DNA of 64,000 nt from a virus. This document shows positions 48,466-58,204 of the stretch, one piece after another (within the stretch, counting starts at the first letter, position 1; the number at the start of each line of letters is the position of its first letter). A model generated the notes under the pieces. The model saw only the letters and a list, made by a program, of their open reading frames with translations. It did not search any database and was not told the DNA's origin. The position numbers and the translations under genes are program-made. Location of the stretch: the IMG/VR virus record IMGVR_UViG_3300033182_000581, positions 1 to 64,000 of that record. The stretch is one strand, 5' to 3'.

Positions 48466-49458
48466 ATGGCAATATTTAAGGAAAGAGTACCCTTCAAACC
48501 TTTCGAATATCCAGTATATTATACTGAGGGCTGGTTGAAACAAGCACAAGCCTTTTGGTTACATACTGAGATTCCGATGCAAGGTGATGTGAAGGATTGG
48601 AATGAGAACCTAAACGAATCAGAAAAGAATTTAGTAGGAAATATCCTATTAGGATTTGCACAAACTGAATGTGCAGTATCCGATTATTGGACAACTATGG
48701 TAACACAATGGTTTCCAAAGCATGAGATTAAACAAATGGCTATGATGTTTGGTTCACAGGAAACAATTCACGCAACAGCATACTCTTACCTTAATGAAAC
48801 ATTGGGTTTAGAAGATTTTGAAGCATTCCTACACGAACCTGCGATTGCAGAAAAGTTTGAATATTTAACGGCAGTATCATCTAATTGGACACATAAAGAT
48901 TTAGAGTCAAATCCAATAGCAAGAAAGGAAGTAGCACGTTCGTTAGCAATATTCTCAGCATTTGCAGAAGGTGTATCTCTATATAGTTCTTTTGCTGTAC
49001 TGTATTCCTTCCAAATGAGAAATCTTTTGAAAGGAATTGGTCAGCAGATGAAATGGAGTGTAAGAGATGAATCTCTACATTCTAAAATGGGATGTCAATT
49101 ATTCCGACATATGTGTGATGAATATCCTGAATTGTTGGAAGAAGTTAAAGATGATGTACTCCAAGCAGCACAATATATGGTTGAGATGGAACACAACTTT
49201 ATCGATAAGATGTTTGAGATGGGTGATTTAGAAAATATGAAATCAGCTGATTTAAAACACTTTATCTCAAAAAGAGGAAATGAAAAGTTAAAAGAGTTAG
49301 GATACGAACCTACATTTGAATATAATGATAAGAAAGCATCTGAATTGGATTGGTTCTATCATTTAACAGGAGGAACAACACATACCGATTTCTTTGCAGT
49401 AAGACCTACGGATTACTCTAAAGCAAATGAGGGTGAAGATTTTAACGATATTTGGTAA
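48466..49458 (+). CDS. nrdB: ribonucleotide reductase class I beta subunit
   Basis: FW...E, ETIH..AY, EGV..YSSF, RDESLH, TDFFA.RPTDYSK. TATTTATA at 48414 upstream. Confidence 0.94.
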   Translation: MAIFKERVPFKPFEYPVYYTEGWLKQAQAFWLHTEIPMQGDVKDWNENLNESEKNLVGNILLGFAQTECAVSDYWTTMVTQWFPKHEIKQMAMMFGSQETIHATAYSYLNETLGLEDFEAFLHEPAIAEKFEYLTAVSSNWTHKDLESNPIARKEVARSLAIFSAFAEGVSLYSSFAVLYSFQMRNLLKGIGQQMKWSVRDESLHSKMGCQLFRHMCDEYPELLEEVKDDVLQAAQYMVEMEHNFIDKMFEMGDLENMKSADLKHFISKRGNEKLKELGYEPTFEYNDKKASELDWFYHLTGGTTHTDFFAVRPTDYSKANEGEDFNDIW

Positions 49459-49464
49459 AAAGTT

Positions 49465-51237
49465 ATGAAGAATTACGGAGAAGAATTAGGCTGGGAACTC
49501 GGAGTAGATTTTCCAGATTGGGCTAATACGGAAATATATGTAAAAACAATCTCAAAAGGTTATCTATTGGCGGGTGAAACTCCTAAAGATGCATATTGGA
49601 GAGTATCAACATCAGTTGCCCGTAGATTAGGTAAACCACAAATGGCATCTAAGTTTTTTGATTATATTTGGAGAGGTTGGTTAAATCTTGCAACACCTGT
49701 ATTATCAAACACTGGTACTGATAGAGGATTACCAATTAGTTGTTTTGGTATTGATGTGGGTGATTCAATTCAAGAGATAGGTAATAAGAACTTAGAGATG
49801 ATGTTACTCGCCAAACATGGGGGTGGTGTAGGTATTGGCATCAATCAAATCAGACCTGCCGGGAGTAAGATTACACAAAATGGTACATCTGATGGTGTAG
49901 TTCCATTTGCTAAGATTTATGATTCCACAATCCTTGCAACAAATCAGGGTTCAGTTCGTAGAGGTGCCGCATCGGTGAATCTAAACATCGAACATGGTGA
50001 TTTTGATGAGTGGATTGAAATCAGAGAACCTAAAGGTGATGTGAATCGACAATGTTTGAATTTACATCAATGTGTTATCGTTGGTGATAAGTTTATGAGA
50101 AGATTGGAAGATGGTGATGAAGAGGCTCGTAGAAGATGGGGTAAAGTACTTCAGAAGAGAAAGGCAACTGGCGAACCTTACATTATGTATAAGGGTAATG
50201 TAAACAAACAAAACCCAGAAGCATACAAACAAAATGGATTGAAAGTGTTTATGACGAACATTTGTTCTGAGATTGCACTTCATACTGATGAATCACATTC
50301 ATTTGTATGCTGTTTATCATCTCTTAACCTATCTAAGTATGATGAGTGGAAACATACAGACCTTATCTATACGGCAACTTGGTTCTTAGATGGTGTATTG
50401 GAAGAGTTCATCCAACGGGCGAAAAATATGAGAGGGTTTGAAAACTCAGTTCGTTCTGCTGAAAAAGGTAGAGCATTGGGCTTGGGTGTATTAGGATGGC
50501 ATACCTACCTACAACAAAAAGGTATTCCATTTGATTCACTTCCAGCCCAATTTGAAACTCGTAGAATCTTTTCTCAACTAAAGATTGAATCAGAAAGGGC
50601 GAGTAGAGATATGGCGTTGGAATATGGTGAACCACTATGGTGTGTTGGTACAGGTATGAGAAACACTCACCTAAGAGCAGTTGCACCAACGGTATCAAAC
50701 TCTAAGTTGGCTGGTAATGTATCACCAGGTATTGAACCTTGGGCAGCCAATGTATTCACCGAACAAACTGCAAAGGGTACATTTATTCGTAAAAACAAAG
50801 AGTTAGAGAAAGTTCTCAGAAAGGTTGGTATCAACAACAAAGAAACGTGGGATAAGATTCTTACCGACGGTGGCTCAATTCAGGGGATTGATGAATTAGA
50901 TAATTGGGTATATTGTGATGGTAGAGTTATGAATGTATCCGATTGTGAAGAGGGTAAAGAGGTCGATAGAGTTAAAGATGTATTTAAAACCTTTAAAGAA
51001 ATCAATCAGTTAGAGTTGGTTAGACAGGCAGGTGTAAGACAACAATACATCGACCAATCAGTATCGTTGAATTTGGCATTCCCATCGGTGGCAACTCCAA
51101 AGTGGATGAACCAAGTTCATATGGAAGCGTGGAAACAAGGTGTAAAAACCTTATATTATACCAGAACTGAATCAGTTTTGAGAGGTGATATTGCAGCACA
51201 GGCGATGAACCCAGATTGTATCAGTTGTGATGGATAA
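49465..51237 (+). CDS. nrdA: ribonucleotide reductase class I alpha subunit (short, no ATP-cone apparent)
   Basis: ATPVLSN, ISCF, GGGVG, RRGA, TNICSEI, APTVSNS, DQSVS.N, KTLYY, C-terminal CISCDG. Confidence 0.95.
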   Translation: MKNYGEELGWELGVDFPDWANTEIYVKTISKGYLLAGETPKDAYWRVSTSVARRLGKPQMASKFFDYIWRGWLNLATPVLSNTGTDRGLPISCFGIDVGDSIQEIGNKNLEMMLLAKHGGGVGIGINQIRPAGSKITQNGTSDGVVPFAKIYDSTILATNQGSVRRGAASVNLNIEHGDFDEWIEIREPKGDVNRQCLNLHQCVIVGDKFMRRLEDGDEEARRRWGKVLQKRKATGEPYIMYKGNVNKQNPEAYKQNGLKVFMTNICSEIALHTDESHSFVCCLSSLNLSKYDEWKHTDLIYTATWFLDGVLEEFIQRAKNMRGFENSVRSAEKGRALGLGVLGWHTYLQQKGIPFDSLPAQFETRRIFSQLKIESERASRDMALEYGEPLWCVGTGMRNTHLRAVAPTVSNSKLAGNVSPGIEPWAANVFTEQTAKGTFIRKNKELEKVLRKVGINNKETWDKILTDGGSIQGIDELDNWVYCDGRVMNVSDCEEGKEVDRVKDVFKTFKEINQLELVRQAGVRQQYIDQSVSLNLAFPSVATPKWMNQVHMEAWKQGVKTLYYTRTESVLRGDIAAQAMNPDCISCDG

Positions 51238-51282
51238 AGAAGTTATTTAAGATATGTTTAAAATTTTAATGAAGGTAAAAGA

Positions 51283-51522
51283 ATGAAGTATTTGTATTTT
51301 TCAGCAGCATGGTGTGGCCCTTGTAGAACATTAGGCCCGATTATGAATCAGGTTTCATCAGAAGTTCCTGTACAAAAAGTAGATGTTGATTCTGAGTATG
51401 AGTTAGCACAAAAGTTTAACGTAAGAAACATCCCAACTGTGGTGTTGGTAAATGGTGATTCTGAATTGAAACGATTTGTTGGAGTACAAAGTAAAGATAC
51501 CTACATAAACGCAGTAAAATAA
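51283..51522 (+). CDS. trxA: thioredoxin
   Basis: WCGPC active site and IPT motif. Confidence 0.93.
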   Translation: MKYLYFSAAWCGPCRTLGPIMNQVSSEVPVQKVDVDSEYELAQKFNVRNIPTVVLVNGDSELKRFVGVQSKDTYINAVK

Positions 51523-51523
51523 A

Positions 51524-51555
51524 TTTGGATAATTAAAAAATTATTCGTATATTAG
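51524..51555 (+). promoter_or_regulatory. Bacteroidota-type promoter heading the nucleotide-modification operon
   Basis: TTTG-N20-TATATTAG; nearly identical to the 43992 promoter. Confidence 0.75.
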
Positions 51556-51560
51556 TAGTT

Positions 51561-51983
51561 ATGAAAAAGCAATTACAACAATTATTGGAATTCCAAAGAG
51601 CGTATAATTCTACGAGAAACACCAAACCAACCTTAATCTCAGAAGATGATTATGTACTAAGATATAAGTTGGGTAAAGAGGAACTGATAGAATATTTTGA
51701 TGCGTGTAAAGATGGAAACTTAACTGAGGTGGCAGATGCACTCGCAGACCAATTGTACATCCTTTTGGGTACAATGATTTCCCACGGTATGCAAGATGTA
51801 ATCGAAGATATCTTTGATGAAGTACATCGTTCAAATATGAGTAAGTTAGGTTCAGATGGTAAACCCATTTATAGAGAAGATGGTAAGATTCTCAAAGGGC
51901 CTAACTTTTCACCACCTAATATATCTAAGTATCTTTCAAATAATGGTCAAATAGAAATCCCATTGGATGAAAAGGTACATTAA
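51561..51983 (+). CDS. MazG-like all-alpha NTP pyrophosphohydrolase (DR2231/PRA-PH type)
   Basis: EELIEY, EVADALAD..Y, EVHRSNMSKL, DGKILKG. Confidence 0.88.
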   Translation: MKKQLQQLLEFQRAYNSTRNTKPTLISEDDYVLRYKLGKEELIEYFDACKDGNLTEVADALADQLYILLGTMISHGMQDVIEDIFDEVHRSNMSKLGSDGKPIYREDGKILKGPNFSPPNISKYLSNNGQIEIPLDEKVH

Positions 51984-52188
51984 GATGGTAGGTAAGGCCG
52001 CGTGGATGTTTGATAATAGGTTGAGGGGCGAAAATCATCCCAACGCTAAACTATCATCTGAAGATGTAGTTAAGATTAGAGAATTGCATTCCAAAGGGTT
52101 CTCAGTAAGAGTTATTGCAAAAAACTTTAAAGTATCCAATTGGAATATCAAACGTATAGTAGATAGAAAAACGTGGGTTCACATTTAA
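51967..52188 (+). CDS. stand-alone HTH protein resembling the C-terminal DNA-binding domain of HNH homing endonucleases
   Basis: RGENHPNAKL...DV..IR......IAK.F.VS...I..I..RKTW.HI; no nuclease motif. Confidence 0.7.
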   Translation: MKRYIKMVGKAAWMFDNRLRGENHPNAKLSSEDVVKIRELHSKGFSVRVIAKNFKVSNWNIKRIVDRKTWVHI

Positions 52189-52204
52189 TAGAAATAAATA
52201 AGTT

Positions 52205-52903
52205 ATGACATTAATAGAAGCAACTTCTCCAGGTGATGCATGGGTAAAAGTATCAAAACATCTTTTAGAAAATGGAGTTAGAGTAGGTAACCTAACTGAA
52301 GAACTAAATGTAATGACAGAAATCACCGAATTCAAATCGGATGATTGGTTCGATGGCCATTTTAGAGAAGTTATGGGTGATGATAGAATTGATTTTGCCA
52401 AAACGGTAACATTCCTTAAACCAGAACCTAAAAAATCAGATAATGCATTCTTTGAAGCAGAAGAAGGGTTGGATTATAAATTTATCAAAGACCACTATCA
52501 CCAATCTTATTGGGGTAGAATGGTTAGTTGGAGAGGTGAATTCAATCAGATTGAGAATGTAATAAAAATTCTTTCGACTGGGAAGGCAGTTAAACGTTGT
52601 GAGTTGATTATATTCGACCCCACAAAAGATGCACGAAACCCATACTCACAACCTTGTATGGTTATGATTGATTTAAAACCAAGAGATGGTAAGTTATATC
52701 TAACATCCGTTCTTCGTTCAAATAGAGTATCTAAATCTGGTTATGCAGATTATACCGCATTAGTAGAGATGGGTAATTTCCTTTCTGAGCAGAGTGGTTT
52801 GGAATTGGGTAAGGTAAGTGTACTTGCGTGTTCTTGTCATATTGGTGATATGAATGAAGAAAAAAAGAAAACCATTAAATTACTAGAAATTTTAGGTAAG
52901 TAA
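52205..52903 (+). CDS. thymidylate-synthase-fold enzyme, dCMP-hydroxymethylase-like
   Basis: Catalytic PC (QPC), GKLYLTSVLRSN, Asp at RS+11 (GYADY), SCHI. Confidence 0.75.
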   Translation: MTLIEATSPGDAWVKVSKHLLENGVRVGNLTEELNVMTEITEFKSDDWFDGHFREVMGDDRIDFAKTVTFLKPEPKKSDNAFFEAEEGLDYKFIKDHYHQSYWGRMVSWRGEFNQIENVIKILSTGKAVKRCELIIFDPTKDARNPYSQPCMVMIDLKPRDGKLYLTSVLRSNRVSKSGYADYTALVEMGNFLSEQSGLELGKVSVLACSCHIGDMNEEKKKTIKLLEILGK

Positions 52904-52904
52904 T

Positions 52905-54410
52905 ATGTGTGGTATAGTTACAACAATAGGTTACGATACATCAGATGTAAATGTGATGTTAGATGCAATTGAGCATAGAGGTAGAGATTATAGAGGTATC
53001 AATGAATTTGAAGTAAATGGTAAAAAGGTAGTTTTAGGACATAACCGATTATCCATCAATGATACATCTTCTGCCGGAAATCAACCTATGGAGTACGATG
53101 GTGTTTGGTTAGTAGTTAATGGTGAAATTTGGAACTATCCACAACTTCGAAAAGAATATGAAGAGAGAGGGTATAAATTCAAATCAAATTCAGATTCAGA
53201 GATTATTTTATTCTTATATAAAGAGGGTGAGTTAAAACGTCTGAATGGTATGTTTTCATTTGTTATTTTTGACGGAAGTAAACTAATCGTATCTCGCGAT
53301 TGGGTTGGTAAAATTCCATTGTATATCCACAACACTAACAAATACATTATTGCGAGTGAGATTAAGGCTATACAAACTCAAAACGGAATCAATGATATTA
53401 AGATAGTTCCTAAAAACACCTTAATTGAGATTGATTTGAATACAGATGAGTTTATTGTACATAAAGATTACTACTTTAACTTTTCATCAGAAGTTACTCA
53501 TGTAACATCACATGAAGATGTGGCAGAAACAACATTTAAATTATTAGAATCTGCAGTTGATAAAAGGTTAATATCAGATGTACCTATTGCAACATCTCTA
53601 AGTGGTGGTATTGATTCAGCAATCATTACTTACCTATTGGCACAGAGAATTCCAAATATAAAAGCATATACTATTGCGTTTGACCAGGAATCAAAAGATT
53701 TACAAAAGGCAAGGGTTTGTGCAGAATCAATAGGAATTGAATTAGTTGAGGTGTTTGTACCTCGCGATGAAAAGATTATCAAACAAAGATTTATGGAATC
53801 TATCAAAGTGATTGAGTTTCCATCAACCGTTCAAATGGAAGTTGGTATCCTACAATCATTCATAGCTGAAGAAATGGCCAAAGATGGTATCAAAGTAGCA
53901 TTTAGTGGTGAGGGTTCTGATGAATCATATGGTTCTTACGGAACGTTCAGAATGTTCAGTAAGAAACCAGATTGGAGTGGTGTTAGAAAAAAACTATTTG
54001 AAAAACAACACTATGGTAATCTACTCAGAGGTAATACTATTTTTATGAATTATGGTACTATCGAATTGAGGTGTCCATTCTTTGATACGGATTTCTTAGA
54101 TTATACCACCAACCTTACCGATGAGTTCTTATCTCACAAAGGACAGTGGAAATTACCACTTGCAAATGCGTTTAGAGGTAAATTACCAGATGAGATATTA
54201 GACCAGGAGAAACGTGCGTTTCAGAAAGGCACTAACTTTAAACAATACATAGAGGATATTATTCTTAATGATGCTGAGATAAACTTCAATAACCGAAAAA
54301 ATATGATTCACGTTATTGGTGATAATTTCAAAAGAATACATGGGTTTCCACATAAAAAACTAAGAGAAGAAGTAACATCAAATAATATTGGTATCTATCA
54401 ATGGGTTTAA
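52905..54410 (+). CDS. asnB: asparagine-synthetase-B-like glutamine amidotransferase/amide ligase
   Basis: N-terminal MCGI, HRG, GHNRLSI, QPM, NGEI.NY, SDSE, LSGGIDS, SGEGSDE, ELR.PF.D. Confidence 0.92.
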   Translation: MCGIVTTIGYDTSDVNVMLDAIEHRGRDYRGINEFEVNGKKVVLGHNRLSINDTSSAGNQPMEYDGVWLVVNGEIWNYPQLRKEYEERGYKFKSNSDSEIILFLYKEGELKRLNGMFSFVIFDGSKLIVSRDWVGKIPLYIHNTNKYIIASEIKAIQTQNGINDIKIVPKNTLIEIDLNTDEFIVHKDYYFNFSSEVTHVTSHEDVAETTFKLLESAVDKRLISDVPIATSLSGGIDSAIITYLLAQRIPNIKAYTIAFDQESKDLQKARVCAESIGIELVEVFVPRDEKIIKQRFMESIKVIEFPSTVQMEVGILQSFIAEEMAKDGIKVAFSGEGSDESYGSYGTFRMFSKKPDWSGVRKKLFEKQHYGNLLRGNTIFMNYGTIELRCPFFDTDFLDYTTNLTDEFLSHKGQWKLPLANAFRGKLPDEILDQEKRAFQKGTNFKQYIEDIILNDAEINFNNRKNMIHVIGDNFKRIHGFPHKKLREEVTSNNIGIYQWV

Positions 54411-55237
54411 AAGGATTTAACGAAGAAACTCCATTAGAGGAGTACAAAGTAAAAGGTCGTTCTGTTTGGGTAAAGAGAGATGACCTAATGGGTGATGGTG
54501 TTAGTTTACCGCCGTGGGGTAAGATTGGCGCAGTTTATGAACTTGTTAAAAAGTATGTAGATAGAAATAGACCATTAACTCACTTATCAGTAGATGGTTC
54601 TTGGACAGGTTGGGTTCTTGCAGCAATATGTGAAGATTTAGGAATTGAGTTCCACGTTTCGTATCCAGACTCTAAAAAGATTAGTAGAGTTTATTTGGAT
54701 ATGATACAAGAAATGTATCCATCAGTACATATGAATCCCATCAAACCAAATATGATGCAGATTATGTATAACTCTTTAAAAAGTACAGCTAAAGAGAATG
54801 GTTGGCAGATGTTACCATATGCGTTTGACCACGAATTTTATAGAGAATACCTTAAAGAAAGAATACAACCATATAAACATTTTAAAAATTTAGTTGTATC
54901 TTCGGGTAGTGGTGTAACTCTTTCTGGTCTTATGATGGGGTATTATGATGAAGAGTTAAAACAATTTTTTGTTAAGACTGATAAAAAAGTATGGACAACG
55001 TGCGTATCATCTGAAAGTTCAATTCGAAAAATGTTATTAAAAAGTGGTGTTGGGCAAGTACCGATTGATATTAGAAAATCAGAGTATGGTTTTGATGATA
55101 GATTAGAAGGTTATGAAGCACCATTCCCATGTAATCAGTTTTGGGATATTAAACAATGGCATTGGTTAGAAAACAACATTGATTCTTTAGAAGGTGATAT
55201 CCTTTTTTGGAACATCGGTGGCCTTTACAAATTTTAA
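54401..55237 (+). CDS. PLP-dependent fold-type II enzyme (ACC deaminase/D-Cys desulfhydrase-like)
   Basis: TPLE...VWVKRDDL...GK, SSGSGVTLSG, LFWNIGG. Confidence 0.8.
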   Translation: MGLKGFNEETPLEEYKVKGRSVWVKRDDLMGDGVSLPPWGKIGAVYELVKKYVDRNRPLTHLSVDGSWTGWVLAAICEDLGIEFHVSYPDSKKISRVYLDMIQEMYPSVHMNPIKPNMMQIMYNSLKSTAKENGWQMLPYAFDHEFYREYLKERIQPYKHFKNLVVSSGSGVTLSGLMMGYYDEELKQFFVKTDKKVWTTCVSSESSIRKMLLKSGVGQVPIDIRKSEYGFDDRLEGYEAPFPCNQFWDIKQWHWLENNIDSLEGDILFWNIGGLYKF

Positions 55238-55289
55238 CAATTTCTTAACATTAGAAATTTGGATATTACAAAAACTTTTTGTATATTAA
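55234..55289 (+). promoter_or_regulatory. early promoter with upstream 29-bp conserved element (copy 3)
   Basis: TTAACAATTTCTTAACATTAGAAATTTGG; its TTTG is followed by N20 and TATATTAA. Confidence 0.7.
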
Positions 55290-55318
55290 CACTGTATTAA
55301 GAAATTAAAAATTGAAAT

Positions 55319-56950
55319 ATGAAGTTAATAAAGGAACATAACTGTGAGAGTATGGTTTGGACTCTGCAGGGTCAACCATTGGAACATGGTTTCGATGGTC
55401 AAAACTTCCTCATGGAGTGGGATGATAACTCGATTGGTTACGGTGGTAACTCCGTTATAAATAAGTTATTTAAAGATTCTAATGGTAGATGGTCTATTAT
55501 TAGGGGACAACAAGGTGGTTCTTGTACCGATGAAAGATTTATCTACGGATTTATCGATAAGAAAAAAAGAAACAACGAAGAGCGAAATAGAAGTGAATCC
55601 AGTGGTTTAGCCGAGATGGGTGGTTCAGTTTCAACTCATAACTTTAGTACTAACGAAGTAGTTGGTTATGTAACTCCTGATAGGAAATTTAGAATAGCGA
55701 AATTCGAATACGGATTTCCAAATGGTTTAGAAACATCGGAAGTAACCCCTTCCGATTTTGTAAAACTACAATCATTAAAGGTTAGTATTTACGAAGTTTC
55801 AAAAGAAGAATATTTGAATGAACATGGTCTTGGAAAATCGTTCAACGGATGGTTTAATAAATCTCTCCTTTTTAAAGGAACACGATTAAGACCTGATTTT
55901 TACGGATTGGTTGATTTTTCATCAATGAGATATCAGTTTAGAACTGGTAAGAAGTTGAAGTATGAACTTCATGTTGAAGGTGAAGAACCAATTTCACTTC
56001 CAACTAAAAGATTTTACTTCCCATGTAATTCAGGTGAGCCAGTAACTCACTACTCTCAAATGTTAGAAGTTGAGGATACTGAAGGTGAAACACTCCACAC
56101 AATCCATTGTGGTTCTGATGTGTACGAAGGAACTTTACATAGTTATGAAACAATCAGAGCATCTCAGACTGATAAGTTGATGAAGTTAGAGAATATGGCA
56201 GGTGGTCAACACATGATTCACCCAACTCACTCTAAGAAGTTAGATTTTCCAACCATCGATGTAATCGACGCGAGTGGTACTTATATTACTACCGTTCCAT
56301 TGTTTACTACGAGTAGATGGGATGAGTTCTACAACAATAGAAAGTGGTTCTTTGTTCTCACATCCGATTCAGCAGTACCATTCGCAAGAATGAAGAATCA
56401 GTTCTCTAATATGGAGTTTCCAATTGAGTTAAGAGCATATGTTAAGAGATTGGCTAAAAAACTTGATTTAGGTCATACAGGCTCTAAAAAGATGCTAAAG
56501 AAGATTGAGGATGCAGAGGTTCAAAATTATGTAGATTGTTTAAAAGATGAAAATAACCCATCACATGCTACAGTTCTCCTTAATACTGAAAAGATTATTG
56601 GTGGTAAGATTGAAGTTAATAACATCGTTAGAGAGTGTACTACATATTCATTCAACACCGATTTAATTTTTAATTCAAATCACGAACACTTAGTTGAGTG
56701 GCAGAAAGATGGAATGGATGATGAACACATCACAGAGTTTATTGCCAGATTGGTGATGCCACGACATAAGTTCAAAACACTAACATGGGTTCATGGTGGT
56801 GAATCATCCAATTTGATTGGTAAGTTAAAAGAAGTAATAGAGGGTGGTAGAGTTAACCTTAATGGTATTGAGAAAATTCAAACAGTTAATAAGAAAGATT
56901 TCTATACTACTAAAGGTTATCAAAACGTAACAATCATTTATCAGAAATAA
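55319..56950 (+). CDS. hypothetical protein, possibly degenerate GHKL ATPase plus C-terminal PD-(D/E)XK-like nuclease
   Basis: 543-aa ORF is solid. Domain call is weak: LMEWDDNSIG, SGLAEMGG, TDLI...LVEWQK..MDDEHI. Confidence 0.45.
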   Translation: MKLIKEHNCESMVWTLQGQPLEHGFDGQNFLMEWDDNSIGYGGNSVINKLFKDSNGRWSIIRGQQGGSCTDERFIYGFIDKKKRNNEERNRSESSGLAEMGGSVSTHNFSTNEVVGYVTPDRKFRIAKFEYGFPNGLETSEVTPSDFVKLQSLKVSIYEVSKEEYLNEHGLGKSFNGWFNKSLLFKGTRLRPDFYGLVDFSSMRYQFRTGKKLKYELHVEGEEPISLPTKRFYFPCNSGEPVTHYSQMLEVEDTEGETLHTIHCGSDVYEGTLHSYETIRASQTDKLMKLENMAGGQHMIHPTHSKKLDFPTIDVIDASGTYITTVPLFTTSRWDEFYNNRKWFFVLTSDSAVPFARMKNQFSNMEFPIELRAYVKRLAKKLDLGHTGSKKMLKKIEDAEVQNYVDCLKDENNPSHATVLLNTEKIIGGKIEVNNIVRECTTYSFNTDLIFNSNHEHLVEWQKDGMDDEHITEFIARLVMPRHKFKTLTWVHGGESSNLIGKLKEVIEGGRVNLNGIEKIQTVNKKDFYTTKGYQNVTIIYQK

Positions 56951-56974
56951 ATGTACAAAATTGATATATAAAAT

Positions 56975-58204
56975 ATGACAGAAATACAACAATATTTTGA
57001 GAAGTTTAAAGATATGGAGCCATACTTAGAAATCAATGAAGAAGAATGGTCTTACATAAAAGAAACTTTCCCAAAAGATGAGGTAAAAGAAGTATTGGCG
57101 GATATTCTTATGGATTATCCACTACCAACTTCTGAAATAAGTGAAGTTGATGCATATAATGATTTTATGAAACTAAAAGGAATTCGTTGGAATGAACTTT
57201 TAGTAGAAGATGAGTGGTTTCCACGAAAAGCATCCGAATCAAAATATCCACTAATCTTCAGAGGTAAACCACAATATATTCGTAGATTAAATACAGGTAA
57301 TAATGCATCAAATCATTTTCAACAAGAAAATCGTTGGGGTGTAGATGGAACTGTATCACCTGGCCCAAAACGAACATGGGAAACGAGAAAGTTTATGGTT
57401 ACTCTAATCGGTGGGTTATACACTCTTAAATTTCCAAAGGTTACCCGAAACGAATTGAGAGTTTGTTTAAGTTTAAGAAAATACATTTGTTCACAATTCA
57501 AACCAAATGTTGCAAAGGTATTCTATGAAATGATGGGTTCTGAGAACGTATTAGATTTTAGTGCAGGGTGGGGTGATAGATTCGCTGGATTTATGGCAGC
57601 AACAAACACCAAACATTATGTAGGGTTAGACCCTCGTAAAGAAAACCATCCTTACTATCATATGCAAGGTGAGTTCTATGATAAACACTTAGGGTTCTTT
57701 GAAGGTAACAAAGATTGGGAGTTTCATATCACTGCAGCAGAAGATTTTGATTTTACTCCTTATGATAATCATTTCGATATGGTGTTTACATCACCACCTT
57801 ACTTTTCAGTAGAGAGGTATTCATATGATGATAATCAGAGTTGGGTTCGATACAAAACGATTGATGATTGGAACAAAAACTTCCTACATAAAACTATTGA
57901 AAAGCTTTGGCCATCGATTAAGAAGGGTGGTTACATCGCAGTTAACATCGCTGATGTATATGCATCATCTGGCGGTGAGAGAAAGTATATGGAAATAACA
58001 AACCCAATGAATGATTTTATTAAATCGTTAGGTGGTACTTATGAAGGGTGTTTAGGTATGGAAATGGCTAAACGACCAGGTTCAGTTGGTGCAGGATTGG
58101 TAATCGAAGAGGATAGAGATAGATATACTGAAGAAGAATTAAGAAAGCATGATGAAAATGTTGGTAAAACATTTTGTGAACCAATTTGGATTTGGAAGAA
58201 GTAG
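56975..58204 (+). CDS. SAM-dependent amino-methyltransferase (SPPY, m4C/m6A type) paralogue 1
   Basis: SQFKP, VLDFSAGWGDR (motif I), FTSPPYF (motif IV). Confidence 0.85.
   Translation: MTEIQQYFEKFKDMEPYLEINEEEWSYIKETFPKDEVKEVLADILMDYPLPTSEISEVDAYNDFMKLKGIRWNELLVEDEWFPRKASESKYPLIFRGKPQYIRRLNTGNNASNHFQQENRWGVDGTVSPGPKRTWETRKFMVTLIGGLYTLKFPKVTRNELRVCLSLRKYICSQFKPNVAKVFYEMMGSENVLDFSAGWGDRFAGFMAATNTKHYVGLDPRKENHPYYHMQGEFYDKHLGFFEGNKDWEFHITAAEDFDFTPYDNHFDMVFTSPPYFSVERYSYDDNQSWVRYKTIDDWNKNFLHKTIEKLWPSIKKGGYIAVNIADVYASSGGERKYMEITNPMNDFIKSLGGTYEGCLGMEMAKRPGSVGAGLVIEEDRDRYTEEELRKHDENVGKTFCEPIWIWKK

Noticed and set aside
52205-52903. Canonical thymidylate synthase thyA
   Set aside because: Lacks RSxD...PFN; has Asp at the specificity position and no recognisable folate-binding segments.
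52905-55237. 7-deazaguanine (Gat-QueC/dADG) or 2-aminoadenine (PurZ) pathway
   Set aside because: No folE, queD, queE, queC, dpdA or purZ recognisable in the window; the amidotransferase is AsnB-type. Such genes could still lie outside the window.
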